From positions 4,464,001 to 4,528,000 of the forward strand of contig OX597824.1 of NCBI GenBank assembly GCA_951406725.2: a DNA stretch of 64,000 nucleotides. The letters run 5' to 3'. Position numbers and translations under genes: made by a program. Shown piece by piece: positions 23,950 through 33,743 of this stretch; position 1 is the first letter of the stretch; every line of letters starts with the position of its first letter. Under the pieces are notes generated by a model. It saw only the letters and a list, made by a program, of their open reading frames with translations. It had not been told where the DNA came from and did no database searches. This stretch comes from Octopus vulgaris. Taxonomy: Eukaryota.

Positions 23950-24700
23950 GGTTGGCTTGGGGCTAGACAACAAAAACTAGGTTTTAGTAACATACCACTA
24001 AAGTTGTGTTGTCCAGTCTCTAGCTCATTAAACACTAATAACCAGAACTGAGCACATTTCCTAGAGACAATAAATCTCTTGGAGTAAGCAATGAATTAAC
24101 AACTTCATCAGTTTAAAGTATCTCATCATTTCTTCCTGATGTACTACTAAGCCATAACTTTCTTGCATCTAGTACCCTTTTCACTCAATCATTTTGTTTC
24201 TCATGACAAATAAATAAATATTTAAAATTTCCTTGCTTCTCTCTTTAACGTGTACCAATGTGCTTAATGTAAAGGAGTGGTTAATTTTCAATGTAATTTT
24301 GACTCTTCTACTCCTTTATCTGATAAGAGTATCAATAGCTCTTCACATTCTAGATTGTTTTCCCATATCGAAGATCCATATCATTTTTATCTATTATCTA
24401 TTAAAGTTACACTTGTCTTGCAGAAGTAATGGTTTTATCTAGGCAACACTTGTAATCACAGCAATCTTTCATTTCTTCAAATTCTAATTTCTTTCTTTCA
24501 CACAACCGGTTCTTATTAGTTTACTGTTCAGATAGAAGTCTCTCTCAATTCGTATCAGTAACCACCTAAATCATCAATGTATTATTAGATTTTTATAAAT
24601 ACTCATTCTCCATTCCTAACACTGTACAACTTGGTACCATTTCTCTCTTTTACCACTGAATATTCTTAGTATATTCTTATCCAAAGCAATTTCTATATAG
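23950..24700 (-). mobile_element. Highly decayed R4/Dong-like LINE RT fragment (copy B)
   Basis: The minus strand gives YIDDL (~24567-24581), then a VKSY (YKYLG-like) segment and RKLWLSSTSGRN, in the expected order. Confidence 0.5.
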
Positions 24701-25029
24701 ATTATTTTCTTCCATCCATTAAATTTCCATCATTTGCTCTTCATTCTTGCTTAGTTGTTCTTCCAATTTTTGTTTTTAATTTGGATCTTGGGGGTTTCTA
24801 TTGCATTTCAGACATTCAGAATATTTCTTTCTTTTCTAAAGTAATAAATATTGCAATTTCTGAGAATTATGTTGTTATATTTTTCTGATCTTAGTTCTAT
24901 CTTCATCACAAGAACCCTCTTAAGCTCTCTCTAAACTTCTATCTATAAACCATTAATCACCTATTTATATATTTTTCTCTTAGTTCTCCTTCAAACAAAT
25001 TTTTAGATTTTACATGGCTTCCAGAATTT

Positions 25030-25046
25030 CCTCTTATTCGTCTCTT

Positions 25047-25079
<33 letters not shown>

Positions 25080-25111
25080 CTTCTTCTTCTTCTTCTTCTT
25101 CTTCTTCTTCT
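25030..25111. repeat. (CTT)n microsatellite
   Basis: Direct read. Confidence 0.97.
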
Positions 25112-25149
25112 ACTCCTTTTCGAAATGAAACAATATTCTTCCCAACAGT

Positions 25150-25342
25150 TTCATCTCTGCTGCTGTTTTTTCTAATTTATTTATTTCAAGACATTGTCTT
25201 CCAGTTAACCATCCAACAGTCTATTACCATTGCAGCACTTCCTCTTTACCAGCTCCACTTTTCTATGTCTGCAGATATTCATCAACCGGTCAAGCTTGCT
25301 CTCAGAATGCACACACACGCACACACACACACACAAACACAC

Positions 25343-25373
<31 letters not shown>

Positions 25374-27600
25374 GTTACATCCACACATGATACGCTCACT
25401 CTTTCAGTATTCCCTCAACAATCTTCTTATCCAGTATTTCAGAGTTTACTTTGCTCAACTGAATCATGTTCTTGTTACAAATTGTGCCGCTGGGATTACC
25501 GAGAAATTTATTGCTTTCATTAGCTTCTTGCTATACATTTCCAACTTAAGTATGTTCTTTGTTTATTCCTCGGTTTCAAATGTAAATGTATTCCAGGTGC
25601 TTTGCTTGTCTGTCTTTTCCTCCCAATCACATCTGAGAAATTTATTTGACATCTTCTATCAAAAGTCAAGAGACTTCATTAATTTTACAAGTTCTCTCAA
25701 TCCACCAGTTTTAATGTACTGTACCTATTCATTTCTTAATACCATTACATATCCGTGTGACATGAATAGTAAGTGCAGTGATTTCATTAACTTCTTCCAG
25801 CATGACTGTGGCTTTCTTACCATAGGTTTAAACCATTGACAGTCAGGCTGTGTGTGCTCCAATGATATTTCTCCTACTATTTTGTCTCATCCTACAATCT
25901 ATTATACTTTTTAGTTGTGTGGCAATCACTAACCCTTTCAAGTAGATTTTAAAACAGACTAAAGTACACACACATAACTATACTGTTGGTCATACATTTT
26001 CATCTTCATGTAATTTTTATAAAATTCCTTTCAACACTAAAACCAGTTTATTGCTTTTTCTTTTGCTTTCATTTTACATTGCATTTAATAAATCATAACC
26101 TCATTTTTTACAGGTTTCCAACTGGCCAATCACTTGGTCATTATATTTCTGATGGCAACAGTGACAATAGATTGTTTGCATAACTCAGGCAGAACAAATA
26201 TCACATAAGGTATTTACTTTTATTCGAAAACACTGGTTCTTTTCTTTTTTTCCCCCAGTTATTTCACCAATATACTTTGATGACTTACACACATTACCAA
26301 AACATTTGCACCACAATACCTCTACTGGATTGTCCCATTCTACACACACAACAGCCTCCAACAGTATTTCATCCATCAACTTCCACAAGGCTTTTTATTT
26401 CTGCCTCACATGAAGAATACTGGTCAACCAAAAGCTATGGTAGAAGACACTTGCGAAAAGTGCCACGCAATAGCATTGGACCCAGTGGCACATTGTGGCA
26501 AAGTGAGCTTCGAAACTCTATAACTCTGCTTTCTTTTTCTTCAGTTTATTCTGAAAGTGTTGACAACTATTTATTACACATCACTATTTATAATCGCCCA
26601 CCACTTTTTAAAAAGTCTTATCTAAGTTTTCCAGAACCATACGGTAATCTACTCACCTTCAGATTAAATTCTCAAAGATTTTCTTTAACAATAGTAGTGA
26701 GCTTATTTTGTTGAGTGTTTTTCCATCTGCTATTATTTTATATTGTACGACTGTTTAAATGTGGTTTGCTATAATAGAAGAGAGGAAATTATCTGAATAT
26801 TTACAACTAAAGGATTCCACTGTTTGTCTCTTACTTCATTTCATTCTTCCTATTTTGAATGATATCCACTTTAGTATAGTGTCTAATAAGCTAATTTTGA
26901 AAAGAATTTTAAGCTTATTGACATTCAAATCAAACTTAACTATTTCCAACAATAGCTGTCGGTGCCGTCAATACCTAGAACAGACCAATCCTTTATATTT
27001 TTACTACATTAAAAAGATTCCTTTCATTGATCTCAAATTCTTCCATTAGTTTTCTTTTTGTCATCTTCCTGAATATCCTTTTCACCTACTGCAAGGTTGA
27101 AATTCTTTTCTTTGCTCTCATATATCATTTAAAAAATCTTAAAAGTACCTTAGAAATGTCATCTACTTTCTCTAAATATACAGCATAGCTAGTTTAACTA
27201 TAGCTGACATTTTGAATAATACTATCTCGCTACGTCTTAGCTTATCCAATCACCTCTTGTAATTTTCTGGTAGTTTGTTCAAACCTTGGCAAATCTTCAG
27301 TTTTGTGGTTATTCTTAGATCTTTTAAGATCATTATTTCTTTGAAGATTTCTTTTCATTTGTTCTTATATCTGTTAATCTTATTATCGAGCTTAGCAAGA
27401 AGCTACTTCAAAATCTTTCACTATAGTTATTAATTTATATTTTCTTCTTAGGTAAATTTTCTCCTTTACTCTCCATCATAATTTTTGCTAAATTGTTTGC
27501 ATGCACTTATATCTTAGAATCCATCCATATTCTCTACACTTAGGAAAATTTTATCTCTCAAGCACAGTATGGTGTTGGTAATCTCCTGATGAGCCAGTTT
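25150..27600 (-). mobile_element. Highly decayed R4/Dong-like LINE (copy A)
   Basis: Collinear minus-strand motifs: KINRYKNK..RNLQ, IKDWSVLGIDG (NWKAPGPDG-like), LKGIL, HSLTVNGLNL (decayed HxLxxDDLKL), ILKLEMYSKKLMKAINFSVIP and HSESKLDRL..YL..KSGAG. Interrupted by CA tracts and a SINE remnant. Confidence 0.65.
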
Positions 27601-28096
27601 CATGGTCCAGTTTTGACACCTAGTTGAAGTTGTTCTTATTTATGATTAATGTCTCATGCCTCATAGATAACTAAAACAAAAAAAAAAAGTGAGTTTGATC
27701 ACACAATACAAAGACTAATTCTAAGTAACACTCAACCAACTTTAAGAATTTCAGGGCATCTTTCCTTCCCTCCCCCACTCAAATTCTGTCAAAGTTCTTT
27801 TCATAAGCTTTGATCACGTTTATTTCTGCCATCAATTACAGTTCTCCTTAAGACAGATTTAGATATGAAAAGAATGTTTTGCCAAAATTTATGCTATCTC
27901 ACCTTTTGCATTCACACTTTAATCAGTTTGAACAGCTGTAAAGTATTGAGTCTGGCCACACTGGAGCAGTGCCTTATGTACTGCATCTTGTTTCATTTAG
28001 TCAGTGTTACTAATTTTTTTCAGTGACTGAATGCATATCTTTAGAGTCAAACCACATCAGTGAGTGGCAGCAAGATGTTGCTCTAAATTGAATATA

Positions 28097-28330
28097 GCCA
28101 GGCTCCAGTCTGATCTGGCAGTGTTTCGACAGCAGGATGCTCTTCCTAACACCAACCACTCCGTGAGTGTAGTGCATGCTTTTTACATGCCACCAGCACA
28201 GGGCCCAGAGGAGGCTGGCAATGGCCACAATCGGTTGGTGCTTTTTATGTGCCACTGGTACAGATGCTTGTCAGTGCGGCACTGGCATCGGCTATGTTCG
28301 GATGGTGTTTTTTACATGCCACCAGCACGG
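28097..28330 (-). mobile_element. RTE LINE 3' UTR fragment
   Basis: Matches 7617-7850. Confidence 0.82.
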
Positions 28331-28535
28331 GTATCAATTTGTTTGAACCACTAGAAATACTTACTACATCCACAACCACTTGTCTGATTTATGCAAAATT
28401 TGTTTTATTCCATTCATATAGGTGGCTGATCTAAAACATGGAAGAGAAATATTCAGGTGATGATTGAAATCAAGATTGGGGGTTTTCTGAAGACAAGTCT
28501 ATTGTAATATAAAGATTTCATTTGCTTTTTAGCAA

Positions 28536-28652
28536 TTAACCTTTAGCACACAGCATTTTCTCTAGAATTGTTTCCCCCACCACTGCCCTGTTACTACAGG
28601 GGGAAAAAACTCACACAGTGACATGATGCACTTACAGTGTGCTAAAGATTAA
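28536..28652. mobile_element. TTAA-flanked MITE (piggyBac-type)
   Basis: TTAA-CCTTTAGCACAC ... GTGTGCTAAAGA-TTAA: 12-bp TIRs with 1 mismatch and a TTAA duplication. Confidence 0.7.
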
Positions 28653-29259
28653 AACTATCTTCCAGTTACCTGACCAACTGTACTTCTAATAATACATAAC
28701 AGTTTGCAAATGGATGTTGATGTTATTGTTTAGCTTCAGTTCTTCCATGATTAAGCACTCATATGATAAGGGATGCTTCAGTTCATTGTTTATCCAGACA
28801 TCATATTAAGAACTAACTTACCCAATGTGTCCTGCCTTGTTTAAGGTGGTACAATGCAATTTGGTACGGATGTAGTGGCTATTTCTAGTGGTTCAAGCAA
28901 CTACACACAGGCTTGTTTGTAACTGATACAACTAATGTTATGTGAATGTATAGGCTGAAGGGTTTGTGGTTCTGTTAAAGTCACATTTCTTCATTCAGTC
29001 TTTACCGTTTATTTACATTTTATCTATGTTGCATCCCTTGAGCAGCTGTCATGTCACTTCTTTACAATCTGGAAGAATTTAAAGCCTTGCAATCTGTGAT
29101 GGTCTTGCATAGCAACCATGCATCAATAACAAAGCCAAAACTGAATCTGGTGCCAGAAACTACTTTAGCTTCAAGCAGTTGCTGATCCTTATGTGACACA
29201 AGAGTACGTTAGAGTACTGCTCACATTTCTGGGATGGTGCAGCTGTTGATACACTGTTG

Positions 29260-29294
<35 letters not shown>

Positions 29295-29374
29295 TATACA
29301 CATAAAGAAATGAAATATACCACCTGACAGATCACCAACATGCTAACACCATCACAGCTATCATGTTGTTGCTC

Positions 29375-29445
29375 AACTTGCAAGAAATAGTAGCATAATC
29401 ATTCTTATGGTACACTCCACCATCTTTAATAAGGATACACAAGAA

Positions 29446-29494
<49 letters not shown>

Positions 29495-29598
29495 TGTGTA
29501 CATCCCTAAAACTGAGTGGTCATGGTTGGAATGCCTTTGATCAGCTCAATAAGGGTTAATCGAAGGGAGAGGGGTTAACAACAACAACAACAACAACA
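29375..29598 (+). mobile_element. Old (CAA)n-tailed interspersed repeat (representative copy)
   Basis: Motifs such as GTCATGGTTGGAATGCCTTTG, GCTAGAAATAGC and GGGGCTAAACAAC recur near 11880, 12080-12250, 12460, 23870-23975, 28730-28900, 34085, 37600-37780 and 51752. Confidence 0.55.
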
Positions 29599-29764
29599 AG
29601 CATGTGTTTTCTTTTTTTGTATTTTCTATGGAAAAGAAAAAGGAAGAAATAAAACTTTGATAGAGAAATAAAAGAGTTAAAGAGAAAGAGACAATGATTG
29701 TGACGTGTTTGTGACGTGTTTGTATGCACGCACACACACTTTCACACGTGTGTGTATGTGTGTG

Positions 29765-29806
<42 letters not shown>

Positions 29807-29938
29807 ATCGTTTCTCTTTACCCCAAACCTTCCCCGATGTTGCTCCCTTATATTACATGCACCCCCCCCACCCTCTCTCCCTCTCTCCTCTCTGCCAGAA
29901 TCCTCCCCCCTGCCGCAATGCAACGAAAAAAGGCAATA

Positions 29939-30158
29939 ACCGATCGTGGCCGATGCCAGACCCCTCTGGCACCTGTGCAGGTGGCACGTAAAAAGCACCC
30001 ACTACACTCGTGGAGTGGTTGGCGTTAGGAAGGGCATCCAGCTGTAGAAACACTGCCAGATCAGCCTGGAGCCTGGGGCAGTCCCTGCTCCCCAGACCCC
30101 GGTCAAACCGTCCAACCCGTGCTAGCGCGGAAAACGGACGTTAAACGATGATGATGAT
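29939..30158 (+). mobile_element. Young RTE LINE 3' tail
   Basis: CpG-rich copy: GTGGTTGGCGTTAGGAAGGGCATCCAGC...GGACGTTAAACGATGATGATG. Confidence 0.9.
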
Positions 30159-30248
30159 ATATATATATATATATGCATACATATGCACACATATATACAT
30201 GTATATACATGCATACACACACACACACACATACACACACATATATAA

Positions 30249-30317
30249 AATCAAATGAATAATGACAGATGATGGATAATTGACAATTATCCATCCTCTG
30301 TTATTATTCATTTGATT
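30249..30317. repeat. 69-bp near-perfect palindrome
   Basis: 34-bp arms, 2 mismatches, 1-nt centre at 30283. Confidence 0.92.
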
Positions 30318-30664
30318 ATAATACACTGAGGAGATTTACAACTTGTCAGACATCCTAGAGTATACCAACAATGTACTACTCAAAGTAACGTGTAATTTGG
30401 GCCAGCCCCTAGGCGCTAAATACTCATAGGGCTGGTTTTCTCTGTGTACACAACTAGAATATCCTATTTAATACTTATCAACCATATGCAGGAACCACCA
30501 TTTTATCTAACCCTACCTGGTGCATATCTTTTCAAGTACACAATATCTTTTCAAGTACACAATATATATATATATATATATATATATTGGGATCACCACT
30601 ACTTTATTATCTCCCCTTCTTCCTAGCTTTCCTATCTGACCACCTCTGTCCAGCCAGCCGCCAT

Positions 30665-30840
30665 GATTGACTGCTAGCCACTAAACCATTTTTATTCTCT
30701 CTCTGTTTATTTTCTCATGTTCCTTTCAGTTGAAGAGCATAGGCTCAAAACGTAAAAGACTTTCTCACCTTCCTGAGCATTAAACTAATACACCTGTTTG
30801 TTGTTTATACAACTGTCTTCGTCTTGGTTTTTTTGTAAAT
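30665..30840 (+). mobile_element. Copy of the 10949-11162 hammerhead-like element
   Basis: TAGCCACTA...TTGAAGAGCATAGGCTCAAAACGTAAAAGAC...CCTGAGCATTAAACTAATACA; ends at a TA tract. Confidence 0.65.
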
Positions 30841-30871
30841 ATATATATACATATATACATAATATATGTAT

Positions 30872-31502
30872 ATGCATCCATGCTGACAACAAAGCACGCG
30901 GAGTTCTGTTTTTGATTCGACGGTCATTTGGAATGCTCACAGAAGCCATATTCCTACCGCTCTATGTCACGTTGGTGAGACCCATATTGGAGTATGGGAT
31001 TCAAGCCTCTTCTCCTTATCTCCGCAAAGACATACATCATCTCGAAAGAGTCCAGAAGCTGGCTACCCACATGGTTCTTGGTCTCAAGCATTTGTCTTAT
31101 GAAGAAAGGCTGAAGACGCTCAACCTTTATTCTCTAGAAAAACGACGACGCCGTGGTGATCTCATTCTTGCTCACAACATCATAAGTGGAAAGTGTAACC
31201 TCTCGAAAGAGCTGTTCTTCACTCCTGCTCCAGAGCATCGGCTGCGGGGTCACCCCAAAAAGCTCTATCTGTGACGATTTCATCTCAATCAAAGGAGAGG
31301 GGCTTTCTCCGTCCGGGTTGCGGATCTGTGGAATAAGCTGCCGGATGAGATAGAGAAGATGCCGACAACCGCTTGGTTCAAAGTCTCCCTTGACCAGAAA
31401 TGGCCTGAACTCTTTGCATGAACACCCTCCCTGTACATAACTCCATGTCCCCCTACATGGCCTTGCTTTTTGCTTTTTGAGCCAAAAAATTAACTTAACT
31501 TA
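30872..31502 (+). mobile_element. CR1-clade LINE 3' end (ORF2 C-terminus plus tail)
   Basis: LYVTLVRPILEYG...LERVQKLAT...LSYEERLKTLNLYSLEKRRRRGDLI...LRGHPKKL*...FSVRVADLWNKLP, with one internal stop. (TAACT)n tail. Confidence 0.93.
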
Positions 31503-31506
31503 TATG

Positions 31507-31549
<43 letters not shown>

Positions 31550-31551
<2 letters not shown>

Positions 31552-32460
31552 TAGACTACCCATGACCAATTGGGTCCCCAGGAAAGTGTGAGTTTCCCAG
31601 CAACAGAGTTTTGTTTCACGGGTTTCATTTTGTTTTCCAGGTTATTTCATATACTTTCAACAAATGTGACATTGAAATCATGTGTAAATGGTTCCTTTCT
31701 CCAGAAGAGGAAAGATTTGGCTGCGATTTCTTGCATGCCCTATTATCATGTAACAGGTATTTGAAATCCTTTATCGCAAATAGCTGTTATGTGGTAGCAG
31801 GGTGTACTAGAAAAAGCAGCCAAATCTTTGGCAGTGAGATATGTTCAATGCACTCTAAGAAATGGAAAAACATTATTTCACACTAAGGTTACGAATAGGT
31901 CTTTTACGAAATATTTACCATATTTTAAAATTCATTTTCACTTTAAAATATTTTTTAAATATGCCAAAATAATTTTTGTAATGGTATTCACTTGAAAATA
32001 ATTTAAAAAACATTAAAATATTGTATGTTTAAAGAAAGCTAAAATATAAATACTATACAAACAACTTACATTTTTGAAATCACATTCACTTAAAAATATT
32101 TCTAAATTATTAAAATATTGTGATTAACAAAAACGAAAATAGAAACATTTACTGTAAAAACAAATCGTATGTTTTCATCGTCAAGTCACTGTGAATAACT
32201 GAAAGGTAAGAGTTCCTTCCCTTCCAGGATTAAGTTATTTTCCCATTATGTACCATTTTGGGTATTTATACCCTGAAAACCCCTAATATCTCCACAACCA
32301 CTCGTCTGATTTATGCAAAATTTGTTTTATTCCATTCATATTTACATTTCAGGGGAAACTTAATTTACTGTATTTTCCGATTATGTGCCAGTTTGGCTGG
32401 GTAACATTGCAAACAAGCAAGCAAACAAGATTCAAGCTCACTTTTAATGTATTATATATA
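31550..32460 (-). mobile_element. Probable non-autonomous Helitron
   Basis: The minus-strand 3' end is CTAG|T preceded by a hairpin (ACCCA..TGGGT). The other end has (TTGC/TTGT)n next to a TA tract. 51 bp are shared with 28369-28419. Confidence 0.5.
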
Positions 32461-32514
32461 TGTGTGTGTGTATATGTATGTGTGTATACACACACACCCA
32501 CACACACATATATG

Positions 32515-32785
32515 TTTTACTTGTTTCAGTCATTGAACTTTGGTTATCCTGGGACACCAATCAATCCCAGCACTTATTTTTCAAGCCTGATACTTATTTG
32601 GTCAGTCTCTTTTGCCAAACTAAGAATTTACAAGGATGTAAACAAACTAACACTGGTCATTAAGCAATGGTGGCAGACAAACACATACAGACATATGCAC
32701 GCACACACACATACATACACACACGTCAGGCCACTTTCAGTTTTTGTCTACCAAATCTGCTCACAAGGATTTGGTTTGCCCAGGG
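32515..32785 (-). mobile_element. Degenerate SINE family 1
   Basis: TTACTTGTTTCAGTCATT...TCTCTTTTGCC.AACTAAG...CTACCAAATC. Confidence 0.75.
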
Positions 32786-33328
32786 TGTCAGAATGCATAC
32801 GTACACACACTGTGCTATTGTTTTATCTCTAGACAGTGGTGGGTGATGGTATTTTTCAAATCTGTCAAACTTATGTCACAATGCAAAGCAGATTATTGGA
32901 AAAGGTGGTGGCCATGACGGCAACTAAGGAGGAGGAGGAGGAGGAGGTAGTGTTAATGATGAAGAGAAGAAGAGGAATATAAGATAGGCTGTGACTTACA
33001 TGAGAGAGAGAGATGACAGTGTGAAGCAGTGATAAGAGGGAGATGGTGAATAGAAGTAGGAAGAGAATGGTAAAGAGAGGAGCGGTAGGAGTAGCCATTG
33101 TCATGAAAGGATGATGGTTGTAATGATAATAGTAACATTATTTGTATGTGTGGTGGTGGTGGTGGTGGTTCTGATAGTGACAGCAGTATTAGTTGCACCA
33201 GATTGTATTTTGGGTGGAGGATACATTTGGTCGGTGGTAGGTGGTGTCCGGAGCGAGGAGCTGTAACAAGCATTCAATGATGATCATTACCATAAAGACG
33301 ATGGTGATGGAAGCAAGGAATATAAGCG

Positions 33329-33378
33329 ATGGTGGTGGTGGTGGTGGTGGTGGTGGTGGTGGTGGTGGTGGTGGTGGG
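33329..33378. repeat. (GGT)n microsatellite
   Basis: Direct read. Confidence 0.95.
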
Positions 33379-33655
33379 GCTGTTAGGTAGTTGGTTGCAT
33401 ATGGTTCATGCTGGATGTTGAGAAGGGGAGTGGTTGTAACGATGATATATCGTTGGCATTAGGTTACACCTCACAATTACATTGCTTATGACAATCATGA
33501 TGCTGATGTCGATGACGATGATGATGATGATAATGACAATATATTATTACCATAACAATACTCATTCATTAGCAGAATGTGTTAATTAATCAGTAAAATG
33601 AATAATAATGGTTTATTTGGGTGACCGTCTCTATCACCTTACACATCCCACTTAC

Positions 33656-33743
33656 CCATGACTCTATTGTAAACCACTTTCTGCGTGAGAGAGGGAGGTG
33701 CGTAGACTAGTGTGCCTTGACCATAAAAAATGGTTCCATTCAA
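33656..33743 (-). CDS. Candidate internal coding exon, 88 nt: LNGTIFYGQGTLVYAPPSLTQKVVYNRVM(+G); gene unidentified
   Basis: Branch-like TCTAAT, acceptor atgttgttacgtttAG and donor G|GTAAGT. Only the phase-0 frame is open. The sequence is non-repetitive and of higher GC than its flanks. Confidence 0.5.

Noticed and set aside
30798-31274. 158-aa ORF as a host gene
   Set aside because: It is the CR1 ORF2 C-terminus with a LINE tail.
33640-33680. VVYNRV(M)GK resemblance to the uronyl/heparan 2-O-sulfotransferase motif VVYNRVGKCGS
   Set aside because: An extra residue breaks the motif spacing, the GK lies in the apparent donor site and a stop follows. This is not enough to name the gene.
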